Below are positions 48,633-58,766 of a DNA stretch of 64,000 nt, one piece after another. The notes under the pieces are model-generated. The model was given only the letters and a program-made list of their open reading frames with translations. It ran no database searches and was not told the origin of the DNA. Both the position numbers and the translations under genes were made by a program. The stretch lies in IMG/VR virus record IMGVR_UViG_3300017650_000009; one strand, 5' to 3'. The stretch comes from a virus. Taxonomy: Duplodnaviria > Heunggongvirae > Uroviricota > Caudoviricetes. Numbering within the stretch: position 1 is the stretch's first letter; each line of letters begins with the position of its first letter.

Positions 48633-50774
48633 ATGTCGAATATTGATGTATCACAAAAAGTAGACTTGCTCTGGAAAAAAGCATTATTTGGTGTTTCACA
48701 AACTGGTGTTGATAAGTCAGTTTATGAAGAACTGTCGCATTCTTCAATCTCGGTTCGTGCTACTGAAATTTGGCGTGAGGATGACAAAATCCTCATTCCA
48801 GCACAAGCGGTTTCAGAAGTTGTTGAACAAGTAAGTTTGCGTTTGGTTCCCGAGCAGAACTCAATCGATGGTTCGGTTTGGGTAGCTGTTCGTGCCTTTG
48901 CAAGTGGTATTACCGCCGAAAATAGACTCAAAGATTTCATTAGTCCTCGTGTTGACCCATCATTTGAGGTACAAATATATTCGGATTCCGCTCGTACGCA
49001 ACGAATCCTAAATAGCAAAATACAAACAACTTGGGTATTTGATTACGAAAGTGGTATCCTATGGCTACCAAATGCAGATGCTGAAAACCCACTAACCGAA
49101 GTATATTTGGATGGTTTCCGATATATCGGCGAGAAGGGTATGAACCCAACATTTAGCGGTGATGTTATCGATGTATTGGGCCCATTGGAAAATGGAAACT
49201 TCAATGATGGTTATGTTCCAAATTTCCAGTCCGGTGTTACAAAGATTTCCGAAGCTATTAATTCAATTAACATTGCTGTCAAAGACTTTATCCCAGCAAG
49301 TCCACCGCCGCTATCAGAACAGTACATGGTTGTTCCCGGAGCTACAAACACACTGGATGATGCGAATCTAGTTCTTGCAGAAGGCTTCACAGACGCTTCC
49401 GGCACATTCCCAGTTAAGCCAGTCGCAGGTAACGTTGTACCGAAGATCGTAGGTATGAATGTTGAATCTAGTTTTGTTGGTCCGTTCGGTGATGGGCGTC
49501 AAGGAACACTAGCCGTAATGTTGAATCAGGAATCCGTTGGATCGCGCGAGCTTTCAGTCGGTGATGATACTGGCGTTTATGGAAAACTTTATATCAACCA
49601 AGAGACAACCTATGGTATGGCAATGGCTAGTTTCTGGGAAGTCATTACAGCTAAAGCAGTTGGTCTAGAATTTGCTCCTGGTTTGAACTCTTTGTACTTG
49701 AGTCACTCAATCACAGGTGATTCAAATTATGTATTTTTGGTAAATGATAGTTCAGCTGAATTGCCGGTGGTCAACAGTGTTGGCATTAGACCGATCAATG
49801 AAGTATTGGTTTATTCAAGTGGTATCCCACATTACGGGCGTGATACACGTCTTGCGTTATCCGCAAATGTTGATAACCTAGCAACTGATCTTGCTTTGGA
49901 TACGCGCAACGTCGTATTCAGCACAGAAGGCGCATTTGCTGGTCCAGCAGTATGGGCTTACCCTGGTGCTAATGGTCTGCCATCGGTTCTTACCAAGGCA
50001 ACTAATTACCAAGTTGAAGATGTTATTTTCAATATTTCCGATTATGATGATACTGTTGAGCATGGTTCGGTTAGAATTACAGCTACTGGACAAAATGCTA
50101 ATGGTTCTCACGAACTACAAAGTACACAAATTATTAACTTCATGCGTGGTGGATCCTCACAAGGAATGTCTCCGGTTAACGAATCAGGAATTGCCATTGT
50201 TAACCTCGGTGCATTCGATGAAGGTACTCCACTTGACGCAATGCGCATAGCAATGGCAAATGGCGCAACACCTGCTTGGAATGGACTTCTAGAGGCTTGG
50301 GATTCAACACTTGAACTTCCAGCACATGAAGCTGCAATAGTTGGTGGAGCTATCCGTTTCACTCGTGAAAATTATGCGAACTATTTGCCTGCGGGTCCAG
50401 ATTACTCAAATAAGCTATCCACGCAATATGCGACATTTGCGATTCAACGACGCAATGTAAGTTTGATGAATATCGAGATTGAAGGAAAGTATTCGGGTCT
50501 ACAAATTGCTTTGCCCGGTCTAGCAAATCAGACTTTGGCTCCTAATGGATGGATGGATTGTTTCAGTCCATATGCGGGTTATGGTGTTCCGGGTCGTGAA
50601 GTTCCTGCAGGTTGTGCATTGAATCGTGCGGCTACTGGTGGGTCACAAACTGTGACTGCGACATTCGGCTACGAGAGTAGTTCAAACAGTACAAACAATG
50701 TGATCCTAGTTAGATTCAAACTTCTACAGGGTGATAAGATTACCGGACTACGTTTTAGCGGAGTTAGCCAATGA
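48633..50774 (+). CDS. Virion structural protein (mosaic of both neighbours)
   Basis: N-terminus KVDLLWKK / W.FDY.SG.L shared with the next gene; C-terminus shared with the previous gene. Confidence 0.7.
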   Translation: MSNIDVSQKVDLLWKKALFGVSQTGVDKSVYEELSHSSISVRATEIWREDDKILIPAQAVSEVVEQVSLRLVPEQNSIDGSVWVAVRAFASGITAENRLKDFISPRVDPSFEVQIYSDSARTQRILNSKIQTTWVFDYESGILWLPNADAENPLTEVYLDGFRYIGEKGMNPTFSGDVIDVLGPLENGNFNDGYVPNFQSGVTKISEAINSINIAVKDFIPASPPPLSEQYMVVPGATNTLDDANLVLAEGFTDASGTFPVKPVAGNVVPKIVGMNVESSFVGPFGDGRQGTLAVMLNQESVGSRELSVGDDTGVYGKLYINQETTYGMAMASFWEVITAKAVGLEFAPGLNSLYLSHSITGDSNYVFLVNDSSAELPVVNSVGIRPINEVLVYSSGIPHYGRDTRLALSANVDNLATDLALDTRNVVFSTEGAFAGPAVWAYPGANGLPSVLTKATNYQVEDVIFNISDYDDTVEHGSVRITATGQNANGSHELQSTQIINFMRGGSSQGMSPVNESGIAIVNLGAFDEGTPLDAMRIAMANGATPAWNGLLEAWDSTLELPAHEAAIVGGAIRFTRENYANYLPAGPDYSNKLSTQYATFAIQRRNVSLMNIEIEGKYSGLQIALPGLANQTLAPNGWMDCFSPYAGYGVPGREVPAGCALNRAATGGSQTVTATFGYESSSNSTNNVILVRFKLLQGDKITGLRFSGVSQ

Positions 50775-51718
50775 CATTGAATCACGAAAATAAAGTAGAT
50801 TTGCTTTGGAAGAAACACAAAGGTGTAGCTTCCACAGCTTCTAATAAAGAACATTCTAACGAACGCTATCGTAGCTCAACTCCAATCTTCCAGCGTGATT
50901 TCTGGGCTGATTCGGATTTGATTCCACGTACCGCTCCTAGTGCATCGACGGTTACGGGTAACGAATTGTGGGCAGAAGTTATTGCTCCTCGTCGTCGCGC
51001 AAGTGCGGTTCAAATGCTTCCAGATACAGCGTCATCCAATACGGCTTGGGTTGCAGTTCGCTTCTTACAAAACGGATTAGATGAGTCCAATATTATTCGT
51101 AATTGGGTACCTGATACTTTTGATCGTTCATATACGATTACTGTTTGGGCCGGCAACCCATATGCCAATACAGGAGATGCTCCGGTTCGTTTGACTCCAA
51201 CTATCACTGATCGTGAATGGGAATTTGATTATTCCTCAGGCGTTCTGGTATTCCCAAATGGCATCCCACCTATTGCTATTCAGCGTGGTATTTGGATTGA
51301 AGGTTGGACTTATATCGGTGCTATCGGTCGTGAAACAGATGAATCCGGTGCTGCAAACGGTAGCAAGATTCGTACATTCACATTTACAACCGCACAAATA
51401 GCAGATGGCGCATCAGTCGATTTCACTTTCCCTACAGGGGGTAAATGCACTCTAGTTGAGGCAAAAACTTCTGTTCCCGCAACACTAGAATGCCATGCAA
51501 TTTCCTCACGTACTGATTCTAATCCATATCGCTTTATTTCCATTCAATCACATCTAGTTGATGATGGATCTTATATTGTCGGAGGTCAGAGATATTACGG
51601 TGAGCGATTCATCCAACTGATAAATATGCAAGACACAACAAGTGATGTAACATATTGGCGCGTGTATAATAATTCGGGTGTGCCGAGCACAGTTTCAGTA
51701 ATTGTGAAAGTTGCGTAA
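50771..51718 (+). CDS. Virion structural protein
   Basis: GGAG RBS; KVDLLWKK, WVAVR, WEFDYSSGVL. Confidence 0.7.
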   Translation: MTLNHENKVDLLWKKHKGVASTASNKEHSNERYRSSTPIFQRDFWADSDLIPRTAPSASTVTGNELWAEVIAPRRRASAVQMLPDTASSNTAWVAVRFLQNGLDESNIIRNWVPDTFDRSYTITVWAGNPYANTGDAPVRLTPTITDREWEFDYSSGVLVFPNGIPPIAIQRGIWIEGWTYIGAIGRETDESGAANGSKIRTFTFTTAQIADGASVDFTFPTGGKCTLVEAKTSVPATLECHAISSRTDSNPYRFISIQSHLVDDGSYIVGGQRYYGERFIQLINMQDTTSDVTYWRVYNNSGVPSTVSVIVKVA

Positions 51719-51757
51719 GCCATAAATACACAAAATTAACCAACGAGGTACACTAAT

Positions 51758-52954
51758 ATGACTACTATAGCAAAAGAAGGTTTGACATATATGATTCCGG
51801 GAACGGATGAATTTGGTAAACCAATTGATGAAGCTAATTGCCTTGCAACAAATCTTCTTAATGACCTTCTAACCAATGGTTTTGAAGAAGTAGCAAAAGA
51901 CGGACCTTCCATTGCAGCATCTAAGAAAGTTATTTTGCGTCCAAAGATTGAAGTTGATCCAAATTGGCAATCTGATCCTTGGCACATTTATTTCGAAGTT
52001 AAGGGAAATGCAATTATTAAGAATCCTGCAAACTTAACTCAGGAAATCACAGTTGCAGATCGCGGTCTTTATATGCGCGTTGGTTCCCCAACCCAGCTTC
52101 CTAATATTGCTGGAATTTCAACTGGTATACCTGAATATCCAATTATTCCACAGCAATATTATACTTTGACACCGGACCAACTTACATCTGCTGGTAATAT
52201 TACCAATACATATCCGAGAGTTAGTACAAAGACTCCAATGACATACCAACTTGCAATTTATAATCGTGGATTTGCATTTGTTGCTTGGCCGCAAGTCTTT
52301 ACTGAAGATTTGAAATTTACAACTGTATTCACGATTCAACGTGGTGTAGGCTGTGATGGTTCGGTTCCATCGACTGGGCAGAAGCCATTGTATTTGGTAA
52401 CAAACGTAAGTGCTACGGGAAGTCAAGTTTATTCCGGATCCGCAACTGGTTGGAATATTGATGGGCCTCGTACTGCTTGGTTCTATAATGTGATTCGAGA
52501 AGTAGATACAACTGCACCATTACCAACATGGCAAAGTATGACCGGCAATGGTTCACCATCTATTAATGATGGACCGGGTAATCCAATCAATCAGCCTGGT
52601 AATTATGCTCTGAATTATACTCCTGCTGTTATTAGTGATCCACGTGAACTTTTGGGTCAGTCTTTGAATTATTTTCCAACACGTTGGAGAACCCCAGTAA
52701 CCAACGATAATAACGAATATATTCTAGTATTTCCGTTTGGTCTATGTACTGATCGTTTTGCATTTAGTGAAGAAATTGATCTCATTGCAGTATCCAAAGC
52801 AGATGCATACCAAAGTGAACAGATAGTCCCAGTTGATGTTTATGGGCAGAAGCGATCTTATATTGCTACAAGCTCAAACAACCAAAATGTGAATAACGAC
52901 TCGGGTATTCGTGTTTTTGTTCTTAAGACTGAAGATGATCAGAATGGTGGCTAA
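51758..52954 (+). CDS. Virion structural protein, paralogue of 54027-55016
   Basis: CATAAATA at 51721; RGFAFVAWP, VIREVD, FPFGLCTDR...EIDLI. Confidence 0.75.
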   Translation: MTTIAKEGLTYMIPGTDEFGKPIDEANCLATNLLNDLLTNGFEEVAKDGPSIAASKKVILRPKIEVDPNWQSDPWHIYFEVKGNAIIKNPANLTQEITVADRGLYMRVGSPTQLPNIAGISTGIPEYPIIPQQYYTLTPDQLTSAGNITNTYPRVSTKTPMTYQLAIYNRGFAFVAWPQVFTEDLKFTTVFTIQRGVGCDGSVPSTGQKPLYLVTNVSATGSQVYSGSATGWNIDGPRTAWFYNVIREVDTTAPLPTWQSMTGNGSPSINDGPGNPINQPGNYALNYTPAVISDPRELLGQSLNYFPTRWRTPVTNDNNEYILVFPFGLCTDRFAFSEEIDLIAVSKADAYQSEQIVPVDVYGQKRSYIATSSNNQNVNNDSGIRVFVLKTEDDQNGG

Positions 52955-52956
52955 TT

Positions 52957-53991
52957 TTGGCTTTTGAATATGAAGATAGTGATGGCAACAGATATCCACC
53001 GGATGATCCTCCGGTGGACACGCCTATCTACATTTATCCAGATCCAGTATTACCATATTTTTGTCATGGTCGAAACACTAGAAATGCAAGTGCCGGCTAT
53101 AAACCAAATACATATTGTAAGAAAGATATTACATACTGGAAAAACGACAAATATATTAATATAAAACGACCGTGTAAATCAAATGTGATTACAGTTGATT
53201 TTGTTAAGCGAGTTTGTAATACAAATGTATTGGCAACAAATCTTATTGAAAGATCATTTACCAATTATAAAAGTTGCAGGATATCAGATCGATTTAACGA
53301 CACTATTGGTAAACATTTTATTTGTGGAAGTTTGCCCAGAACTATAAACTTAATAAAAGTCGATCTAGTAACAGGCAAAGTATGTCGTAAAGTAGAACCT
53401 GATGCGATCGTTAATCTTCGACCATGTCGTAAAATTATAAAATGGACAATTGATCCCGTAATAGGCAAGTGGCGTGGTAACAAATGCTATGTAGCATACA
53501 GTCCAAATATATATACTAATAAACCGTGTTTGAATTTACCAGTTGGGCATTTGGAAGATTTCAAGATCTTTACTCATGTATGTAAGAATCCAGGGTTTAT
53601 TGAAAATGAAATGGTACCTGCAAAATTCTGGTGTCGAGTTTCAATGGTTGGACCACAGGCGCCTGTAATTAATAAAACAGTTGCCCCTCGTCTACAAACA
53701 TATACTTGTCATAAAACAGAAGTTTATGTGTTGGTACCACAAGGAAACAAAGTATTTTGTGGTTTCAGAAATGTAATTGCTAATACTTTTACTAGTACAG
53801 CGACAACTTGTCGTATGACATCTAAAATCTATTGGGCTACTGATTTAAAGGTACGTAGATTTAATTGTGGTATTATAAAGTTGAGTACATATGCTGGAAT
53901 TACATACGGGCGAACATTCGGTGGTCGTCCATATGTAAATGGATTTACACGAGTTTCGGGGCGTATGATTGGTAAGCTGTCAAACCCTTAA
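52957..53991 (+). CDS. Basic protein with 16 regularly dispersed cysteines
   Basis: TTG start after GGTGG; fills the gap between paralogues; acidic/Pro-rich N-terminus then K/R-rich. Confidence 0.65.
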   Translation: MAFEYEDSDGNRYPPDDPPVDTPIYIYPDPVLPYFCHGRNTRNASAGYKPNTYCKKDITYWKNDKYINIKRPCKSNVITVDFVKRVCNTNVLATNLIERSFTNYKSCRISDRFNDTIGKHFICGSLPRTINLIKVDLVTGKVCRKVEPDAIVNLRPCRKIIKWTIDPVIGKWRGNKCYVAYSPNIYTNKPCLNLPVGHLEDFKIFTHVCKNPGFIENEMVPAKFWCRVSMVGPQAPVINKTVAPRLQTYTCHKTEVYVLVPQGNKVFCGFRNVIANTFTSTATTCRMTSKIYWATDLKVRRFNCGIIKLSTYAGITYGRTFGGRPYVNGFTRVSGRMIGKLSNP

Positions 53992-54026
53992 CTAAATAGG
54001 ATAAACAAACGTTTGGAGATACTTTA

Positions 54027-55016
54027 ATGGCCGGATATTCCTATGGCGAATCTACATTTACCGATCCTACTGTGATGGGCAATGCAATTGTTAGTAATTT
54101 TAAGAACGGCAATAGTATTGGATGGTTTGAAACATTACTCGATGTTGATGGCACAACAAAGCGCGTCATACTTTTAAAATCAACAGGAGCAATTGACAGT
54201 GTTGTAACTACGGATGCCACACAATCATATCGCTTGCTAATTACATTCACAAAGACAGGCACCGCTTACACCGAAATGACGATACATTTCGGTGATAGTG
54301 GTCAATTGGTTCCAAATCCTGGTGATACGGATGTATTGATTCAGCAGGGCACACCAGTAATGACTGTGTTTAATAACGCAAATCGTCCATCAGTAAACAC
54401 TGAGTACAATTTTAGAATTACACTTACTGATCGTGGTTGGGCTCTTGCTGTATGGCCTACTGCTCGTGTTAATTCACGTCGTAACAATTTTATTGGTGTG
54501 ATGCAACGACCAGTAAACCCTACAAATGGCGAACCAAACATTGGAAGTGCAAAGCCTATATTCGCACTTTGGCATGGTGCTAATTCCGTTGAAAACTATT
54601 TTTCATGGGGCGTAGTACGTGAAGCAGACGTATCTGCAAGTGTTGCAAACGGTACAACTGATTCTGTTTCTCGCTATAACATGTATCGTATTAGCTTGGA
54701 TTGGTCTCATCCAAACTTGTTTGATAACAACTCACATGTTGTTAAATTCCCTTATGGTCTAGCAACACGACGTCATTTGTATTTGGATGAATTGGATTTG
54801 ATTTGCTTTGTTAATGCTGCGGCATTTGCTTCACAACAAGATGTTAAGATTACGATGTATGCGGAAGATTCTGAACGCAAATATAAAACCACATGGGGCG
54901 ATGTTTCCTATGGTGATATTATTCAGAGTGGACAGATATATACTCAGGTTCCACGTGTTACTGCTGGTACACGTTTAGGTATCCTATCTGAAAATGGTGG
55001 TATTACTACCCCGTAA
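54027..55016 (+). CDS. Virion structural protein, paralogue of 51758-52954
   Basis: TAAATA at 53993; RGWALAVWP, VVREAD, FPYGLATRR...ELDLI. Confidence 0.75.
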   Translation: MAGYSYGESTFTDPTVMGNAIVSNFKNGNSIGWFETLLDVDGTTKRVILLKSTGAIDSVVTTDATQSYRLLITFTKTGTAYTEMTIHFGDSGQLVPNPGDTDVLIQQGTPVMTVFNNANRPSVNTEYNFRITLTDRGWALAVWPTARVNSRRNNFIGVMQRPVNPTNGEPNIGSAKPIFALWHGANSVENYFSWGVVREADVSASVANGTTDSVSRYNMYRISLDWSHPNLFDNNSHVVKFPYGLATRRHLYLDELDLICFVNAAAFASQQDVKITMYAEDSERKYKTTWGDVSYGDIIQSGQIYTQVPRVTAGTRLGILSENGGITTP

Positions 55017-55028
55017 TGAGAGGCTGAT

Positions 55029-56213
55029 ATGCCATTTCTTAATATTGGTAATCTAAATTTATCTGGTAAACTAACTGTGGAGCCCTTATTTCAAGGGCCC
55101 ACTTTTAGTCTTTCCGAAACATCAAAATTAACTTCCACTGCTAGAACATTCGGTTATGTATTATCAATGACTTCATCGACTTTGGCAGTTGGAGCTTATG
55201 CTGCCTCAACAGTAAGTACATACGAATTGGTTGATAACAAATGGACTAAAATTTCGGATATTGTTAAGACTGGGCGTTTTGGAGCTAAAGTTGCTGTTAC
55301 GGACGACTGGCTTGCGATCAGTGATAACCCTGTCAGTGGCAACGGAACTGTTTGGATTTATAAACGTAATGGTGCAAGATCTTGGGGTACTACCGAATTT
55401 GCAGTTCTTTCTGCACCTGTAGGAACAACCGGGAATGGTTTTGGTGCTTCAGTAGCATTGGATGGAAATACCTTAGTTGTAGGCCATCGTCAAGCCAATA
55501 GTATTGGTGGGGTGCATGTTTACGTTTTTAATGGAACATCTTGGGTTATTGAAGGAAACTTTTTAACAGTTAACGCTTCTGAGGTTAGAGCATCAACTAG
55601 TCAGAATTTAGGTTCAGAAGTTTCGATTGATGGTGACCTTCTTATTGCAGGCGGCCCGGGTGATACTTTGGGTCGTGGTAATGGTGTTGCATTTGTTAGT
55701 AAACGTACTGGGACTAGTTGGTCTGCCCCTGTTGTTATCAAGCCCACGACTACGTTCTTGGATGGATTTGGCTGGACAGTCAAAGCGAAAAATAATTATG
55801 TTCTAGTTGGCGCACCATATGGCAATGCATCAGAACGAATTCCAGGACGTGCATTTCTTTATGATTGCACTGGGGCTTTGCCTGTACTTGAGGAAACCTT
55901 TACGGTCCGTACTGATCGTTCTACGCTCATACAAGATACACTCATGACAACCAACGACAGCTTCGGTTGGGCTGTAGATATGAATAATGATCATTCAGTA
56001 GTTTTGGTAAGTTCACTTAACCGAAACAGTCGTGGCATTGTCTACGCTTATGAAAAATTCAATAACGTTTGGGGGCCATCAGCTTTGCCCGATAGTGCAA
56101 TGTTACCCAATCCACAAGTTTCCAATGGTAGATTTGGTTCTGCTATTGGTTTCACCAGTTCTGGTGCTGTCATCGGGGCGTATGGTGCAAATGCGTCCTA
56201 CTGGTTCAAATAA
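55029..56213 (+). CDS. Single FG-GAP beta-propeller protein
   Basis: About 7 FG...VG blades; GAGG RBS. Confidence 0.8.
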   Translation: MPFLNIGNLNLSGKLTVEPLFQGPTFSLSETSKLTSTARTFGYVLSMTSSTLAVGAYAASTVSTYELVDNKWTKISDIVKTGRFGAKVAVTDDWLAISDNPVSGNGTVWIYKRNGARSWGTTEFAVLSAPVGTTGNGFGASVALDGNTLVVGHRQANSIGGVHVYVFNGTSWVIEGNFLTVNASEVRASTSQNLGSEVSIDGDLLIAGGPGDTLGRGNGVAFVSKRTGTSWSAPVVIKPTTTFLDGFGWTVKAKNNYVLVGAPYGNASERIPGRAFLYDCTGALPVLEETFTVRTDRSTLIQDTLMTTNDSFGWAVDMNNDHSVVLVSSLNRNSRGIVYAYEKFNNVWGPSALPDSAMLPNPQVSNGRFGSAIGFTSSGAVIGAYGANASYWFK

Positions 56214-56252
56214 CCAGTAGGAATTTTACTCTAAACCTAACAAGGAAAAATC

Positions 56253-57446
56253 ATGACTAATTTGATCGAAAATAACCTTAATGTAACTCCTTCTTATACA
56301 ATCCCATTTAAATCAGTAGATACTTTGGTTAATGCGGATACCACATATGGATATGAAATTACAACATTTGAAAATAAAGCAATCATATCCAAATATGGCA
56401 AATATGATGTCGATTATTATGAAAATGATGGGGCAAACTGGATTAAGAAACAAACAATCACTGGGGCTAGAAACATAGGCACTAAGGTGGCGTTCAATGA
56501 TGAATGGTTAGCTCTTTCAACAATGGTTCCAGGAACAGATGTCGGCTTAGGCACAGTCGAGATGTATCATTTTTCAAATGATGAATGGGTGTTTCATTCG
56601 CAACTTGCCGCTCGCTGGATTCCAAATACTCCACCAACCCCTGCTTTTTATCAAAGCGGATTTGGCTCATCGTTAGCTTTTGATGGCGACACGTTATATG
56701 TGGGTAATAGTGTTATTGATGTATATGGTGCAACTACACCTAATATTGGCGGGATAAAGACTTATACATTTAATGGAACAACTTGGGTTGAAGGTTCTAG
56801 TATTATTCCTCCAGTTGACCAAACATCTGATATAAAACGATATGCTACAAAAATGGTAATAGATGGTGATCTATTAGCTGATGGTCGTTATCAAAACACT
56901 ATTAGCAACTATTATACCCCTGGTCGTGTTTATATTAGTAAACGTGAAAATGGTGTATGGGGAACTCCTATTTTCATTGATCCTCCAGTGGGTAAAGAAC
57001 GTGGTTTCGGATATAGTATTGCGGTTTCTGGTAACTTAGTATTTGTTGGCACACCACGTAGTATGAATACCGATATACCAAATGGCAGCGTTTTCATTTA
57101 TGACTGCTCTGGAGTTTCACCGGTCTTAGTACAAACATTGGAACGTGATGCGAAAGAAGAATTCGGATTTGGAATAAAAGTCAGTAAAGATGGGCAGTAT
57201 CTAGCTATTGTATCTAGACAATACGGTAATCCAGAAGCTAAGGCCGGAAATCAACTTACATTTCCAATAGGAAAAGTTAGTATCTTTAAAAAGAATAGTA
57301 CTGGTCTTTTTGGCGTACAACCGATTCAAATGGTTCGTCCATTTGATATGACTGGTAAAAATTCATTTGGTATTTCAATAGCATTTTCTAATGATTCGCT
57401 TTTGGTTACAAATTATAGCACAGGTGCTATTTCTGTATTCAAATAA
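56253..57446 (+). CDS. Single FG-GAP beta-propeller protein, tandem paralogue
   Basis: FGSSLAFDGDTLYVG, FGYSIAVSGNLVFVGTP; YDC.G..PVL shared with the previous gene. Confidence 0.8.
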   Translation: MTNLIENNLNVTPSYTIPFKSVDTLVNADTTYGYEITTFENKAIISKYGKYDVDYYENDGANWIKKQTITGARNIGTKVAFNDEWLALSTMVPGTDVGLGTVEMYHFSNDEWVFHSQLAARWIPNTPPTPAFYQSGFGSSLAFDGDTLYVGNSVIDVYGATTPNIGGIKTYTFNGTTWVEGSSIIPPVDQTSDIKRYATKMVIDGDLLADGRYQNTISNYYTPGRVYISKRENGVWGTPIFIDPPVGKERGFGYSIAVSGNLVFVGTPRSMNTDIPNGSVFIYDCSGVSPVLVQTLERDAKEEFGFGIKVSKDGQYLAIVSRQYGNPEAKAGNQLTFPIGKVSIFKKNSTGLFGVQPIQMVRPFDMTGKNSFGISIAFSNDSLLVTNYSTGAISVFK

Positions 57447-57505
57447 TGACTTTTTAGCTCAGACTCCGTATATTGGGTTACATAATCTAATATACGGAGT
57501 TTTTT
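57446..57505 (+). promoter_or_regulatory. Terminator-like hairpin containing a possible -10 box and the mazG RBS
   Basis: AGACTCCGTATATTGGGTT-acat-AATCTAATATACGGAGTTT then T run; ATGACT-N17-TATATT. Confidence 0.65.
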
Positions 57506-57913
57506 ATGACTGAACAATATTTGAATCAATATCTGGGCTTTGTCGATGCTGTGACTAGCGACGCATCTAAGAGCAAAGAAGCTTTCATCGCTCGAATTGA
57601 AGAACTATATGAGCAGGGTTGTGATGTTTCCCGTCTCAATACTGCGGCTGCTGGGCTATCGGCGGAAGCAGGTGAGTTCCAGGAAATCGTCAAAAAGATC
57701 ATGTTCCAGGGTAAGCCGTATAATGCGGATAATGTTTTTCATATGAAACGCGAGCTTGGCGATGTTATGTGGTATTTCGCACAGGCTTGTATGGCTCTCA
57801 ATTTGGATCCTTATGAGATTGTTGATGAAAACATCCGCAAGCTTGAAGCACGTTACCCGGGCGGAAAGTTTGAGATTGCACGAAGTGAAGTGCGCAAAGA
57901 GGGCGACCTTTAA
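57506..57913 (+). CDS. mazG: MazG-like nucleotide pyrophosphohydrolase
   Basis: GLSAEAGEF.EIVKK...RELGDVMWY...N..KL.ARYP. Confidence 0.9.
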   Translation: MTEQYLNQYLGFVDAVTSDASKSKEAFIARIEELYEQGCDVSRLNTAAAGLSAEAGEFQEIVKKIMFQGKPYNADNVFHMKRELGDVMWYFAQACMALNLDPYEIVDENIRKLEARYPGGKFEIARSEVRKEGDL

Positions 57914-58170
57914 TGGTAAAAATCCGTAAAGGATTTCGAGCCACCCGCACATGGGGGTTTACGGGTTTATACTCGTATCCCCATGCTTTGCCTTGTGTTT
58001 GTGGTGATGGCGAACCACACCATCATAACGGCTCCGTACTTGAGGTGCCTGAATTTATCATTGGTGAACATGGTGTTCCTGAGAAACTTGTTTACTTGGA
58101 TAAATCCGGAAACCCAGTTGTCACAGGGGATGAAACTGATCCTTATGTACCAGGAAGGAAGTGGACCTAA
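57913..58170 (+). CDS. Small hypothetical protein, possible metal-binding CxC...HHH
   Basis: TAATG overlaps on both sides. Confidence 0.6.
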   Translation: MVKIRKGFRATRTWGFTGLYSYPHALPCVCGDGEPHHHNGSVLEVPEFIIGEHGVPEKLVYLDKSGNPVVTGDETDPYVPGRKWT

Positions 58171-58520
58171 TGCATCCGTTTTTTGACCCCGTAACTATGA
58201 GTGATGATGAACTTCGAGATAAGTTGGATTCACTGAACAATCGCTTATGGGCAGCACATGCAATGGGCATGAGTAGCGATATGCGAGAACAGCTACAGAT
58301 GCTCATAGAGACGATTGAAACAGAAGTTCAGCAACGCTTTGCAAATTCAATGCAGAAAGCGTGGGATGATATGTTCCCGGACGTTATTGAATCGGAACCC
58401 GATTTAAAACCGCAAGTCGATGCGAAAAAGAAACGTCCGACTGTTGGTAACAAAAATATTGAAGAGCAGGAGAAGCCGCGTGTTGCTCCTGCGTTCAACA
58501 AGGTATACAAGAAGAAATGA
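58170..58520 (+). CDS. Helical hypothetical protein
   Basis: MHPFFD...SDDELRDK; GGAAGG RBS. Confidence 0.7.
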   Translation: MHPFFDPVTMSDDELRDKLDSLNNRLWAAHAMGMSSDMREQLQMLIETIETEVQQRFANSMQKAWDDMFPDVIESEPDLKPQVDAKKKRPTVGNKNIEEQEKPRVAPAFNKVYKKK

Positions 58521-58735
58521 TACCAAAGCACCCGCATTCAATAAGTGTGAATCATAGCGCATTTGTTGGTAATGCGGGTGTTCATTCCATCCGTTCAGAT
58601 GTCGAAGAATGGCTTGATCATCATACCCCGGATTGGAACCATATTGTTCATGGACCATTAGGTCTCGTGCATTTCATCCGTTTCGAGTTTAAGTCGGATG
58701 CAGAAGTCATCCTTTTTAAATTAGCCTGGATGTAA
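58517..58735 (+). CDS. 'FKLxW' family small protein
   Basis: VEEWL...FEFKSDAEVILFKLAWM. Confidence 0.7.
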   Translation: MIPKHPHSISVNHSAFVGNAGVHSIRSDVEEWLDHHTPDWNHIVHGPLGLVHFIRFEFKSDAEVILFKLAWM

Positions 58736-58766
58736 GAAATAAGTAGTTTTTTCTAACACTTACGTT

